Shown piece after piece: positions 1 through 9,743 of a stretch of DNA of 58,762 bases; the first letter of the stretch is position 1; every line of letters begins with the position of its first letter. The notes beneath the pieces were generated by a model. It searched no databases. It worked only from the letters and a program-made list of their open reading frames with translations, and had not been told where the DNA came from. This stretch comes from Bacillota bacterium (GTDB lineage: Bacteria > Bacillota > DTU025 > JANLFS01). Made by a program: the position numbers and the translations under genes. The stretch spans positions 1-58,762 of the forward strand of contig JANLFS010000005.1 in assembly GCA_024655925.1 (NCBI GenBank), written 5' to 3'.

Positions 1-2
1 TG

Positions 3-1226
3 GATACGTCGGCGCTGGGAGACCCGCCGGTTCTCACGGGGCGCGAACCGCCGGTCCTTGCGGACCTTGCGGCCGCGGTCCGCGAACGGATCGCCCGGCC
101 CATTGGCAGCGCCACGCTTTTGGAGGAGATCAGGCGGCGAAATGCCAGGCGAGTTGTGGTGATCGTCAACGACGTCACCAGGCCCACACCTTACGACAGT
201 ATCCTCCCACCTCTGCTTGCGGAGATCGAGGCCGCAGGGGTGAGGAAGCCTGATGTCACATTCGTGGTGGCAACGGGTATACACCGTGGCATGACCGAAG
301 AGGAAATGAAGGCCATACTGGGGTCCAATGTCATGGCGGCCCACCCTGTCATGAACCATGACTGCGACGACACGGCGAACCTGGTCCACCTAGGCAGGCT
401 CAGCCACGGAAGCGAACTCTACGTGAACCGCGTCGTTCTGGAGACTGACATGGTCATCACCACGGGTGTCATCGCTCCCCACTATTTCGCCGGGTTCTCT
501 GGGGGCAGGAAGTCGATCCTGCCAGGAGTGGCGGGGAGGGAGACCATAAGCCACAATCACTCTCTGATGACGTCGGACTTCGCCGAAGTCTGTAACATCG
601 AGGAGAATCCCGTGCACCAGGAGATGGTTGAGGCCGCCCGCAAGGTGGACGTCGGGTTCATGGTGAATGTCGTTGTGGACGCCCACGGGGATGCCGTGGG
701 GGTCGTGGCGGGGGACATCGAGCAGGCCTGGCTCGAAGGCGTGCGGATGGGGCGTGAGATCTCAGTCACCCATATCGACCGCCTGTATGATGTCGCCATC
801 GCAAGCCCGGGCGGGTACCCGAAGGACATCAACGTCTACCAGGCCCAGAAAGGCCTGGACAACGCGGCGCGCGCTGTGAGGTCTGGGGGCACTGTGATAC
901 TGGTTGCGGAGTGCCCCGAGGGTTACGGCGAGCCAACGTTCGAGGAATGGATGGAAGAGGCGCATTCCCCGGGAGACATCTTCGCAAGATTCGCTGCCGG
1001 ATTCGAACTGGGAGGGCACAAGGCCTACTCTCTCGCCAGGGTAATGCGTGACCGGGAAGTGGTCCTGGTGTCTGGTCTTGGGGAGGCCTTCACCCGGAAG
1101 CTATTCATGACCCCGGCTCCGAGTCTGGACGCGGCGATAGACTACGTCCGGGCCAAGCACGGGCCGGGGTTCACTTCAGTGATACTGCCCCACGCGGGCA
1201 TCGTCGTCCCCACATTGAAGTCCTGA
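3..1226 (+). CDS. LarA-family nickel-pincer-cofactor 2-hydroxyacid racemase/epimerase (5' end runs off the window)
   Basis: The frame is open from nt 3 (DTSALGDPPVL...PIGSATL precedes the listed TTG at 120). LarA hallmarks are readable: NDVTRPTP, ATGIHRG, PHYFAGFSGGRKS (cofactor-tethering Lys region), SHNHS, YQAQKG. Confidence 0.8.
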   Translation, partial: DTSALGDPPVLTGREPPVLADLAAAVRERIARPIGSATLLEEIRRRNARRVVVIVNDVTRPTPYDSILPPLLAEIEAAGVRKPDVTFVVATGIHRGMTEEEMKAILGSNVMAAHPVMNHDCDDTANLVHLGRLSHGSELYVNRVVLETDMVITTGVIAPHYFAGFSGGRKSILPGVAGRETISHNHSLMTSDFAEVCNIEENPVHQEMVEAARKVDVGFMVNVVVDAHGDAVGVVAGDIEQAWLEGVRMGREISVTHIDRLYDVAIASPGGYPKDINVYQAQKGLDNAARAVRSGGTVILVAECPEGYGEPTFEEWMEEAHSPGDIFARFAAGFELGGHKAYSLARVMRDREVVLVSGLGEAFTRKLFMTPAPSLDAAIDYVRAKHGPGFTSVILPHAGIVVPTLKS

Positions 1227-1248
1227 GCATGATGATAGGAGGGCGCAC

Positions 1249-2325
1249 ATGGACACTTTGGAGATAGCCGTTGTTCCCGGCGACGGAGTTGGCCGCGAGG
1301 TCGTGGCGGAAGCAATCAAAGTGCTTGCCGCAGTGTCAGACCTGCACGGGGGCGTGAAGTTCTCGTTTACGGAGTTCCCGTGGGGGTGTGAGTATTACCT
1401 GAGAACTGGGAGGATGATGGAGGAGGGTGGCCTTCGAGCGCTCGAGGATCACAGGGCTATTCTCTTAGGAGCTGTGGGGGCGCCAGGGTTGGTGCCGGAC
1501 CATGTATCTCTGTGGGGACTCCTTCTTCCCATAAGGAAGACCTTCGACCAGTACGTGAACCTCCGACCCATCAAGCTGCTCCGGGGCATTCCCAGTAGGC
1601 TGGTGGGCAAAGGGCCGGAGGACATAGACTTCATGGTGGTCAGGGAGAACACAGAAGGGGAATACTCAGGCGTAGGCGGGAGGGTACACGTCGGCACGCC
1701 CCAGGAGGTGGCGGTCCAGAGCGCCGTATTCACACGACATGGGACGGAGCGGGTGATGAGGTACGCCTTCGAGCTTGCCAGGGGGAGACGGCGCGCAGGA
1801 CGCGTGGTGTCGATCACCAAGTCGAATGCGTGCAACTACAGCATGGTTTTCTGGGATGAGGTGTTCCACCAGGTCGCGAAGGATTATCCCGAGATCGAGG
1901 CAACTCAGGTCCACGTGGATGCAGCAGCGATGTACCTGATAACCAAGCCCGAGTGGTTCGACGTCGTGGTTGCAACCAATCTGTTCGGGGACATCCTGAC
2001 CGATGAAGGCGCCGCGATTCAGGGAAGCATCGGCCTTGCCCCAGGCGCGAACCTGAACCCCGAAAGGAAGTACCCGTCGATGTTCGAGCCGATTCATGGG
2101 TCCGCACCAGACATCGCCGGACAAGGCATCGCAAATCCGATCGGCACCATCTGGGCCGCTGCGATGATGCTGGACTTTCTTGGCTATCCAGATCTCGGAG
2201 GAGAAGTCGTGTCCGCCATAGAACAAGTATTGTTAGCTGACGGCCCCAGGCCCGTGGACCTCGGCGGTACCGCTACCACCAGCCAGGTGGGGGATGCCGT
2301 CGCGGAGGCACTCAGGGCCGGGTGA
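1249..2325 (+). CDS. tartrate dehydrogenase/decarboxylase or D-malate dehydrogenase (decarboxylating), isocitrate/isopropylmalate dehydrogenase family
   Basis: ATG preceded by AGGAGGG. Strong resemblance to Pseudomonas tartrate dehydrogenase as I recall it (VPDHVSLWGLLLPIRK, VVRENTEGEYSG, FPSMFEPIHGSAPDIAGQGIANP). Confidence 0.85.
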   Translation: MDTLEIAVVPGDGVGREVVAEAIKVLAAVSDLHGGVKFSFTEFPWGCEYYLRTGRMMEEGGLRALEDHRAILLGAVGAPGLVPDHVSLWGLLLPIRKTFDQYVNLRPIKLLRGIPSRLVGKGPEDIDFMVVRENTEGEYSGVGGRVHVGTPQEVAVQSAVFTRHGTERVMRYAFELARGRRRAGRVVSITKSNACNYSMVFWDEVFHQVAKDYPEIEATQVHVDAAAMYLITKPEWFDVVVATNLFGDILTDEGAAIQGSIGLAPGANLNPERKYPSMFEPIHGSAPDIAGQGIANPIGTIWAAAMMLDFLGYPDLGGEVVSAIEQVLLADGPRPVDLGGTATTSQVGDAVAEALRAG

Positions 2326-2352
2326 ATTCGAGGTCCGGAGGGAGGGGCTCAC

Positions 2353-2931
2353 ATGACTCACATCCATGAACTCAAGCCGCGCCACAGGCCCCGGCGCACG
2401 AAGAGGGTCCGCCCAGTCGGGGCAGTGGCTTTGGTCGCTTTCGTTCTTGTGCTGGTCGCCTTCGCCTTCTTAGGCCAAACGAAGGCGTTGGCTGACACCA
2501 CCTCTCTGAAGAACAAACCCGCGCCGGTTTTCGAGCTCCCTGATATGGAGGGCAAGCTTATTAGTCTTCGCGACCTCAAAGAAGTCGTCCTCCTCGACTT
2601 CTTCACCACCACGTGTCCAAACTGCGATGAACTGGCGCCTCACGTTCAAGGGCTCTACGAGGAATATGCTGAAAAGGGCCTGAAGGTATTTGGAGTCTCC
2701 ATGGGCGACCCTCCGTCGAGGCTCAGGACATACGTGGCCGATAAGAAGCTGACGTACCCCGTGCTCATTGGCACGTCAGCCGTTGCACGGGCATATCAGA
2801 TCCCGGGCGTGCCGGTGGTGGTGATTATCGACCGGGGAGGAATCGTTCGGCACGTCCAAATCGGGTTCCGGAACGGGTTAGGTCTTGAGGCCGCCATGGA
2901 GCGCGTCATCCGGGAGTTGCTGGGGCTATGA
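2353..2931 (+). CDS. membrane-anchored TlpA/ResA-like thioredoxin-fold thiol:disulfide oxidoreductase
   Basis: N-terminal basic stretch plus TM helix (AVALVAFVLVLVAFAFL), then a redoxin fold with a CPNC active site (FFTTTCPNCDELAP) and the YPVL / IPGVP motifs. Confidence 0.8.
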   Translation: MTHIHELKPRHRPRRTKRVRPVGAVALVAFVLVLVAFAFLGQTKALADTTSLKNKPAPVFELPDMEGKLISLRDLKEVVLLDFFTTTCPNCDELAPHVQGLYEEYAEKGLKVFGVSMGDPPSRLRTYVADKKLTYPVLIGTSAVARAYQIPGVPVVVIIDRGGIVRHVQIGFRNGLGLEAAMERVIRELLGL

Positions 2932-3086
2932 CTTCTGCTGGCCGCAGAACCTCCATCGTTTCGCCTTACGCGATCCTGCTCGGGGCGGGCATCGCCCTGC
3001 TCGCCCTGGGCTTGGCATTCGGGGACTTCCCGCTCATTCTCCAAAATGCCAGGCTCATATGTTTCTCGTGCATAGGGCTTGAGTAA
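2928..3086 (+). CDS. 52-aa small membrane protein with C-terminal CXXC (CD1871A-like); absent from the ORF track because it is under 60 aa
   Basis: ATGA start/stop overlap with the thioredoxin gene. Translation: MTSAGRRTSIVSPYAILLGAGIALLALGLAFGDFPLILQNARLICFSCIGLE. One TM helix and a terminal C-x-x-C-I-G motif, sitting between a thioredoxin and a polyferredoxin gene. Confidence 0.55.
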   Translation: MTSAGRRTSIVSPYAILLGAGIALLALGLAFGDFPLILQNARLICFSCIGLE

Positions 3087-3090
3087 GGCG

Positions 3091-3948
3091 ATGGGAGCGA
3101 AGACTCGGCATCAAAGGCCCTGGGCGAGAAAACGGGTTCTTGTGCAGATCGGGGCGACGGTCGCCATGAACTCCTACTTTCTCTCGTTCCTCAAGTTCTG
3201 TCCAACCCCCGCTCTGAACTGCTACGCATGCCCTTTGGCCACGACGGCATGTCCCATCGGCTCGTTCCAGTACTTCCTTGCCATCCGAAGAGTGCCGTTC
3301 GCGCTCTTAGGTTTCGTGACGGCGATCGGAGCACTAGTGGGCAGGGCGACGTGTGGATGGGCGTGCCCGTTTGGGTTCATCCAGGATCTGCTCGCGAGGC
3401 TTTGCCTGGATCCAAAGAGAAAGCTCGCGCGGGGGATAGGCCCCGGCTGGGTCCGGTACTTCGTCCTGGTTGGCCTGGTAGGTGCGGGGGCATTCATCGT
3501 CAGATCACCGATTTTCTGTAAACTCTGCCCCGCTGGGACTCTCGAGGCAGGCATCCCGCTTGCCCTGACCAAGCCCTACGTCAGGGACCTCATCGGCCCT
3601 CTTTACTGGGCGAAGCTCGGGATCCTCGCTGCACTCGTGGCCGCTGCGGTCCTCATAAAGCGGCCATTCTGCCGTTTCATCTGCCCCCTTGGCGCCGCGT
3701 ATTCCCCGTTCAACCGCCTGAGCCGGATGAGGCTCTCGGTTGACCATACCCGCTGCACCAACTGCGGCCTGTGCAGGAACCTCTGCCCTGTTGAGCTCGA
3801 AGTCCACAAGGATCCCGGCTCCGACGCATGCATCCGATGCCTCGAGTGCACAAGGTGCCCGGCAGTATCTGTGGAATGGGGAAAGGGACCCGCATGGGCC
3901 TCGAAGGCAGCCGGGGATGTGGCTGCAAAGCTGAGCAGAAACAGCTGA
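3091..3948 (+). CDS. integral-membrane 4Fe-4S polyferredoxin (NapH/MauN-like)
   Basis: Multiple TM segments carrying CxxC and CP motifs (NCYACPLATTACPIG, CGWACPFG, CKLCPAG, CRFICPLG). C-terminal 2x CxxCxxC-type ferredoxin motifs (CTNCGLCRNLCP, CIRCLECTRCP). ATG at 3091 is preferred over the listed TTG at 3079. Confidence 0.75.
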   Translation: MGAKTRHQRPWARKRVLVQIGATVAMNSYFLSFLKFCPTPALNCYACPLATTACPIGSFQYFLAIRRVPFALLGFVTAIGALVGRATCGWACPFGFIQDLLARLCLDPKRKLARGIGPGWVRYFVLVGLVGAGAFIVRSPIFCKLCPAGTLEAGIPLALTKPYVRDLIGPLYWAKLGILAALVAAAVLIKRPFCRFICPLGAAYSPFNRLSRMRLSVDHTRCTNCGLCRNLCPVELEVHKDPGSDACIRCLECTRCPAVSVEWGKGPAWASKAAGDVAAKLSRNS

Positions 3949-4030
3949 GCGAGTCGGGAAGCGGCTTAGCAAATCAGAGATGCTTGAGAAAACCGGAGAC
4001 AAGGCAGAAACCAAGAGGGATAACGGCGAC

Positions 4031-4069
4031 CGCCGGGAGCACGCATTGCCTTCACATGCGTTCCCGGCG
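4031..4069. terminator. imperfect 14-bp hairpin between convergent genes
   Basis: CGCCGGGA(GC)ACGCAT-9 nt-ATGCGTTCCCGGCG. There is no U-tract, so its function as a terminator is uncertain. Confidence 0.3.
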
Positions 4070-4108
4070 GCCTCGGTCTTGCCCGCAACTGCGGGCTGAG
4101 CTTCACTT

Positions 4109-5044
4109 TCAGGAGAAGCAGATGCCGAGAAGCTCAGATGAGATGTACTTGTCCGTGGTGTAGACATTCGCTGCGAATCCCGAATAGAGCGCGGTCATGA
4201 CTTTCCAGGACGCGTAGACCAGGTCAGCGTGGGCGGGAATCTCCATTGAGAGCCTTGCCAGGTGGTTCATGTGTTCTTTCAAAGCTCGGTTCTCCTCAGG
4301 CGAGAACAGGCTAACGTCCCTGGATATGAACTGAGCGTCCAGATTCGACGAGGCGAGCTCAAGGTAACTCGTGGCTTCATGCATGGCCTTTCTTGCTTTC
4401 TGCGCGGCGTTCGCATCGGCGAACTGGACTTCGCGGGCTGCTCCCCAGCCAGCAAGGTACGCGGCGAGCTCCATCTGCCGCACAGCGCCGGTGATCTCTG
4501 TGAACGCTGCAGTGTTCGTGGGACTCGAACGCGCCCGAGTCCGGGCTATGTTTAGCAGGGGCTCGATGTCCCTCGCGACCAGAGCGTCGATTTCCGCGAG
4601 CGCGGACGAGAGCGCAAGGCGGCCTGACACGAACGCGGTCATCCTGTCGCCCATCCGCCTCACCAGCTCAATGCTGCCGGCCCGCATAGCCTCAAGATGG
4701 TCCACCGCAGCGGGAATGCGCTCAGCGATGTCGGGAACCGCCTTGATCTGCGCAAGAACCCCTTTCATCGCCTCGAGCGCTTCCATGGCAGCGGCTCGGA
4801 ACTTGAGGTCTCTGGTTTCGATCATGGTATCCACAGCCGCCAAGGCCTGGAGATTGAGAACTCCCAGCACATCGCAGAGCTCGTCAAGCTGGAACCGGGC
4901 ACCGGCCGGAGCTGTGAAACGCCCGAGCTCGCCGGGGGCTGAAAGGACCGCCCCGGCAGGGCCGAGAGCCGACACTAGCACGAGAAACCCGACCGCGACC
5001 TGCAGGGCGAAGGGCCGACTGACACTGCTCTGACCAGTGATCAT
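4109..5044 (-). CDS. hypothetical secreted/periplasmic all-helical protein
   Basis: Signal-peptide-like N-terminus (FALQVAVGFLVLVSALGPAGAVLSAP) and an Ala/Leu/Glu-rich helical remainder. It is the last gene of the tctCAB-malic enzyme transcription unit. No recognisable motif. Confidence 0.5.
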   Translation of the reverse strand: MITGQSSVSRPFALQVAVGFLVLVSALGPAGAVLSAPGELGRFTAPAGARFQLDELCDVLGVLNLQALAAVDTMIETRDLKFRAAAMEALEAMKGVLAQIKAVPDIAERIPAAVDHLEAMRAGSIELVRRMGDRMTAFVSGRLALSSALAEIDALVARDIEPLLNIARTRARSSPTNTAAFTEITGAVRQMELAAYLAGWGAAREVQFADANAAQKARKAMHEATSYLELASSNLDAQFISRDVSLFSPEENRALKEHMNHLARLSMEIPAHADLVYASWKVMTALYSGFAANVYTTDKYISSELLGICFS

Positions 5045-5104
5045 TGCCGTGCACCTCCCGGACCGTTACCAACGGGCCGCTCTTTCCGAGGCAATCCTTC
5101 CGCG

Positions 5105-6445
5105 CTACTCCTCGGGGGCTTGGGGGATGAAGCCTTCCTTCATCATCAGGGCGGTGAGGTCGCGGGCTTGCTTGATCGCCGACGAGGCCTTGGCCACGAG
5201 TTCATCCCAGGAGAGCGTGATCCGGGCTATCCCCTGTTTGACGGCCATGGCGCCAACGGCGGCAGCTTCTCTCGGGTAGACCTCCCACTCGTCCATTGTC
5301 GGGATGATATAGTCCGCGCTCAGGCCTTTCTCCTCCGCGCACCGGGCAAGCTCCTGTGCCGCAGCTATGCACATCTCGTCGGTGATGCCGCGCGCCCTCA
5401 CGTCAAGGGTCCCACGGAAGATCGCGGGGAACCCAAGCGAGTTGTTGGCCTGGTTCGGGAAGTCCGACCTTCCCGTCGCCACCACGGCGGCGCCAGCCTG
5501 CTTGGCGTCCCAAGGCCAAATCTCGGGGACCGGGTTCGCACACGCGAAGACGATGGGGTCGGAGGCCATGCCCCTTATCCATTCAGGCAGAATGACGTCC
5601 GGGCCAGGCTGTGAGCACCCGATGACGGCGTCCGCGCCCGCCATGGCCTCGGCAATCCCCCCAGTGACTCCCTCCGCGTTTGTGGTCTTGCACATCTCCC
5701 ACTTGGGGCCGGGAGCGCCTTCAAGGTCGTGGCGCCCGCGGTGAAGAGTGCCCCGGGAGTCGCACATGATGATCTTGCCCGGGTCTACCCCGGCCGCCAC
5801 CAAGAGCTTGACGGTGCGCACATTGGCGGCGCCCGCTCCGACCATGGCGACCTTCACCGAGCCGATGTCCTTTCCGACGAGCTTCAGGGCGTTGATGAAC
5901 GCAGCCAGGATGACTGCGGCCGTTCCCTGCTGGTCATCATGCCAGACCGGGATCTCGCATTCCGCACGGAGCCTGTCGAGGATGTCGAAGCACTTGGGCT
6001 GCTCGATGTCTTCGAGGTTGATCCCACCGAAGGAGGGCTGGATCCACTTAACGGCGGAGATGATCTCTTCGGGATCACGCGTGGCAAGACAGATGGGGAC
6101 TGCGTCGACTCCGCCCAGGTACTTGAAGAGGAGCGCCTTCCCTTCCATGACCGGAAGCCCGGCTTCAGGCCCGATGTTCCCAAGGCCCAGGACTCTGGTT
6201 CCGTCTGACACCACGGCGATGGTGTTGGATTTCCACGTGTACTCGTAAGCCAGGTCACGGTTCTTCTGGATTGCCAGGCACGGCTCCGCCACGCCGGGCG
6301 AGTACCAGATTGCGAAGTCGTTGAACGATCTCACCGCGCACCTGGGAGCGGTCTGCACCTTGCCTCGGTAGAACGGGTGCAGACGCAGGGCATCCCGTCC
6401 GGGCTTCTTTGCTTTCTCTACAAGATCTTCTGTTGTCATGTGCAT
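5105..6445 (-). CDS. NAD(P)-dependent malic enzyme (short type, no PTA domain)
   Basis: HPFYRGKV, IWYSPGVAEPC, VVSDGTRVLGLGNIGPEAGLPVMEGKALLFK, GINLEDI and the GAGAA dinucleotide fold are all present. Confidence 0.9.
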   Translation of the reverse strand: MHMTTEDLVEKAKKPGRDALRLHPFYRGKVQTAPRCAVRSFNDFAIWYSPGVAEPCLAIQKNRDLAYEYTWKSNTIAVVSDGTRVLGLGNIGPEAGLPVMEGKALLFKYLGGVDAVPICLATRDPEEIISAVKWIQPSFGGINLEDIEQPKCFDILDRLRAECEIPVWHDDQQGTAAVILAAFINALKLVGKDIGSVKVAMVGAGAANVRTVKLLVAAGVDPGKIIMCDSRGTLHRGRHDLEGAPGPKWEMCKTTNAEGVTGGIAEAMAGADAVIGCSQPGPDVILPEWIRGMASDPIVFACANPVPEIWPWDAKQAGAAVVATGRSDFPNQANNSLGFPAIFRGTLDVRARGITDEMCIAAAQELARCAEEKGLSADYIIPTMDEWEVYPREAAAVGAMAVKQGIARITLSWDELVAKASSAIKQARDLTALMMKEGFIPQAPEE

Positions 6446-6482
6446 GCCTCCTCGTGTGTGTCAGTCTCGTGATGGGGCGGGT

Positions 6483-6926
6483 CTAGATCAAGATCCCCCG
6501 GGGAAGGGGGACAGTGAGCAAGTTCACGAACACATAGTAGAACACCAGGATCTCTATTGCTGCTATCAAGATCGCTGGCAAGAACACCTTCAGGTCACGC
6601 GCGCTCCGATCGACCATGACCATGAGAACGCCGAAGGAGAGGATGCTCGCGACCACGAAACCCAGCCAGGACATGAGAATCGCCCACAAGACCACAATTG
6701 CGGCTGCGGCAACAGCAGTACGTATGTCCACGAACCGAAAAGTCTTAGCTGGGGATGGCTTCACGAAGCTCTTTACAAGCAGGATTGTAGAAAGCACAAC
6801 CAGGATCGTCAGCACCGCCCTGGGGAACACCACGCCCAGGTAAGTCAGGTTCCCCATCTGGGAGATGAACACCACCGCCACGATGAGCATGAGGATCGCG
6901 CCGACCCTGTCCGTGTTGCTACGCAT
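6483..6926 (-). CDS. tctB: tripartite tricarboxylate transporter small membrane subunit TctB
   Basis: 147-aa protein with four TM helices. It overlaps the tctA stop by 8 nt, the typical TctB position. Confidence 0.75.
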   Translation of the reverse strand: MRSNTDRVGAILMLIVAVVFISQMGNLTYLGVVFPRAVLTILVVLSTILLVKSFVKPSPAKTFRFVDIRTAVAAAAIVVLWAILMSWLGFVVASILSFGVLMVMVDRSARDLKVFLPAILIAAIEILVFYYVFVNLLTVPLPRGILI

Positions 6927-8436
6927 TCACGGTGCCTCCTTTCCGGTGCTTTGCTAAGAAGGCTGACACAAACGGCCACGTGAGCGAGACGACAGTCATG
7001 ACGATCAAGATGATGCAAATCGGGCGGCCGAAGAAAACGTGCGAGGGCGAAGGGAAGGCTTTGGCCATCAACATGGACTGGGCGAACCCCTCCTCGGCCA
7101 GGGGACCAAGGATCAGACCCAGTACGATCGGTGCCGGGTGGATCTCTATCTCCTTGAGAATGTAACCGATGAACCCGCAGGCAAGCATGAGGAACACGTC
7201 CATCGTGTTGTTCCTGATGGCGTAGGAGCCTATGATGGTCAGAAAGACAATCGAAGGCACCAGGAGCCTGAGCGGCAACCGCGACACGAGCCTGTGCAAA
7301 GCTGTCCCTATCGCCAGGCCCACAACCAGCATCATGAGCGTCGACAAGAACAGGGAAAAAATGAAACCATACGTTACGTCTGCATGAATAGTGAACAGCT
7401 CGGGGCCAGGCCGCAGCCCGTGTATCAGAAGTGCCCCGTTGACGCTGTCATCTACGGGGGTTCCCGGGACGCCGAGCGTGAGGAGGGGAACCAGGCCTCC
7501 GCCGACAGTGGCATTGTTCGCGGCCTCCGTCGCGACCACCCCATCCAGGATTCCTGTGCCGAACTTCTCGGGATGCTTGGATCCCCGGACCGCCTCGTTG
7601 TATGAGACGAGGTTGGCAATGCTCCCGCCAGCGCCAGGTATGATCCCGATCACGGTCCCTATCACGCTCGAGCGGATGAGGTTGACCGGCATCGAGAGAA
7701 CCTTGCGGAAAGTCTTCATGATGACCCCCGAAACGTGCACCACGTTTACTCCCTCGTAGGACTGTGTCCCTTGCACGATCAGGGACAGGACCTCGGAAAT
7801 ACAGAACAACCCGATCAATGCTCCAACTAGGTCTATGCCTCCCTGCATCATCGGCTGCCCGAACGTGAACCTCACGTCCCCGCCGATTGGGGCGATGCCG
7901 ATGGTGCTTATGAGAAGGCCGACGACTCCGCCTATAAGCCCCTTGATCAGGGACTTCGACGCGAGACTTGCGATTATGCTCAGCCCGAAGACGCTGACCC
8001 AGAAGTACTCCGGGGGTCCGAACTTCAGCGCGACGCGCGCAAGGGGCGGAGCGAGGAACGCAAGAACCACAAGGCCGAAGAGGCCTCCGAAAACTGACGC
8101 AACCGTAGCCCCGACGACGGCTTCCTGGCCCCGGCCGGATTTGGCCATCGGGTACCCGTCAAAACACGTGCCTATAGAGGACGGTGTTCCAGGAGTGTTG
8201 ATCAGAATGGCCGAGAAGCAGCCACCGTAGATGGCGGCCATATACACGGCTCCCATGGTGGCTAGACCGGTCACCGAAGTCATGGTGAAAGTGAACGGCA
8301 CAAGAAGTGCCACTGCCATCGTGGCCGTCAGGCCCGGCAGCGCGCCGGCTGTGAGTCCGGCGATTGTGCCGACGAACATCAGAAACAAGGTCTGGAAGTT
8401 CAACACTTGGCCGATACCCTGAAGAAGGGCGTCCAA
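6919..8436 (-). CDS. tctA: tripartite tricarboxylate transporter large permease TctA
   Basis: 505-aa polytopic protein with TctA-type motifs (LPGLTATMAVALL, GIIPGAGGSIA, NNATVGGGLVPLLTLGVPG). Confidence 0.9.
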   Translation of the reverse strand: MDALLQGIGQVLNFQTLFLMFVGTIAGLTAGALPGLTATMAVALLVPFTFTMTSVTGLATMGAVYMAAIYGGCFSAILINTPGTPSSIGTCFDGYPMAKSGRGQEAVVGATVASVFGGLFGLVVLAFLAPPLARVALKFGPPEYFWVSVFGLSIIASLASKSLIKGLIGGVVGLLISTIGIAPIGGDVRFTFGQPMMQGGIDLVGALIGLFCISEVLSLIVQGTQSYEGVNVVHVSGVIMKTFRKVLSMPVNLIRSSVIGTVIGIIPGAGGSIANLVSYNEAVRGSKHPEKFGTGILDGVVATEAANNATVGGGLVPLLTLGVPGTPVDDSVNGALLIHGLRPGPELFTIHADVTYGFIFSLFLSTLMMLVVGLAIGTALHRLVSRLPLRLLVPSIVFLTIIGSYAIRNNTMDVFLMLACGFIGYILKEIEIHPAPIVLGLILGPLAEEGFAQSMLMAKAFPSPSHVFFGRPICIILIVMTVVSLTWPFVSAFLAKHRKGGTVNA

Positions 8437-8466
8437 AGGTCTCCCCCCGATCTCTCAGATTGCATA

Positions 8467-8496
8467 CTGGGCCGGGATGATGCAATCCCGGCCCAG
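8467..8496 (-). promoter_or_regulatory. perfect 12-bp intercistronic stem-loop between tctC and tctA
   Basis: CTGGGCCGGGAT-GATGCA-ATCCCGGCCCAG. It lies directly 3' of the binding-protein gene. This placement is typical of hairpins that raise SBP:permease stoichiometry (inference). Confidence 0.5.
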
Positions 8497-8534
8497 TCCT
8501 GTCCGGTGAGAACCGAAATCAGCCGGATGAGTGC

Positions 8535-9500
8535 CTACTTGATGGCACCCACGTCACGGAGCAGTTTGGTGTAGTACGGGATCCTGTCCTTCACGAAGGC
8601 GGTGTACTCAGCCGGCCCCATGTCCACGATGTCGAAGGCCATCTCCTTCATCTTCGCGATGTACTCAGGATTCTGATTGACCTTGCGGAACGCATCCGCG
8701 AGGACCCGGACGATCTCGTCCGGTGTTCCCGGAGGCACCGAGACTCCGCGGTAGGCACCTTCGACAATGTCGTAGCCTAGCTCCCTGAAGGTCGGGGCAT
8801 TTGGAAGCACCGGTGACCGTTCCTCGGCGGCTACCGCGAGAACCCTCATCTGGTCAGGATACTGAGCTGCCATGGTGGTGTAGGACATCAGGGCTCCGAC
8901 GTGCCCACCGAGGAGAGCGGGAACCGCGGAACCGGACCCAGTGAACGGGATGTAGGTGAGCTTGACACCTGCAGCCTGCTCCAGTTCGATGGTGCCCAGG
9001 TGATTCGCGGACCAGCTTGCGCTTCCTCCGATGGTGACGGCCTCAGGATACTTCTTAGCGTAGGCGATGAGATCGTCAAGGGTTTTGAACGGGCTGTCTT
9101 TCCGCACGAGCAGGGCGTTGGGCGTTGCCTCGAAACAGTAGACCCGCTTCAGATCCTCAGTCTTGTAGCCTGCGTCCCCACGCTGCAGAGGCTGTAGGAT
9201 CGTGTGGGGGAGGTTGTCGCCGGCTATGGTGTACCCGTCTGGCTTTGCGCGGACCAGTTCGGACCAGCCTGTGGCGCCGCCTCCGCCGATCTTGTACTGG
9301 ATCACGACTTTGACCCCGAGGATCTCCTCGAGATACTTCTGCTGAAGCCTAGCCGTGAGGTCTGATTCGCCGCCGGGATTGAAGCAGATGATGTAGTTGA
9401 TCGGCTTGTCAGGATACTTCGCCGCCACAGCGACTGTGAATCCTCCGAGGACCAACAGCATGGCCAATCCGAGAACTGCAAGTCTGGTTTTGGCACGCAT
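8535..9500 (-). CDS. tctC: tripartite tricarboxylate transporter substrate-binding protein TctC (Bug family)
   Basis: Signal peptide, then Bug-family motifs (YPDKPI, NPGGESD, KPDGYT, IPFTGSG). Confidence 0.9.
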   Translation of the reverse strand: MRAKTRLAVLGLAMLLVLGGFTVAVAAKYPDKPINYIICFNPGGESDLTARLQQKYLEEILGVKVVIQYKIGGGGATGWSELVRAKPDGYTIAGDNLPHTILQPLQRGDAGYKTEDLKRVYCFEATPNALLVRKDSPFKTLDDLIAYAKKYPEAVTIGGSASWSANHLGTIELEQAAGVKLTYIPFTGSGSAVPALLGGHVGALMSYTTMAAQYPDQMRVLAVAAEERSPVLPNAPTFRELGYDIVEGAYRGVSVPPGTPDEIVRVLADAFRKVNQNPEYIAKMKEMAFDIVDMGPAEYTAFVKDRIPYYTKLLRDVGAIK

Positions 9501-9633
9501 CCGTCTCTACCTCCCTATGTATTGTCCTTGCCTGAGTGCCTCATGTTCCGAACGCCAACAAACCGCCTTCAACAGGTCTTTCTTCTCACTACCACTCCTT
9601 CAACGGGTTTTATGGGCCACACCTGTGTACCAC

Positions 9634-9648
9634 GCAACTGTCGTGCCA
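9634..9648 (-). promoter_or_regulatory. sigma-54 (-24/-12) promoter for the tctC operon
   Basis: The minus strand reads TGGCACGACAGTTGC, matching TGGCACG-N4-TTGC. It is about 135 nt upstream of the tctC start and next to a sigma-54 activator gene. Confidence 0.65.
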
Positions 9649-9743
9649 GCGCGGGAAAGCACGAAAGATGCTGCGGAGCCGGAGGTCCGAAGCGAGAACC
9701 TCGCGGAGGATGGCCCCAGCGTTTCCGGTCCGCAACAACTGTG

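Noticed and set aside
3505-4167. 220-aa minus-strand ORF and the small plus-strand ORFs in the 3950-4170 gap
   Set aside because: The minus-strand ORF is mostly antisense to the polyferredoxin gene. The gap itself shows only a hairpin and no coding signal.
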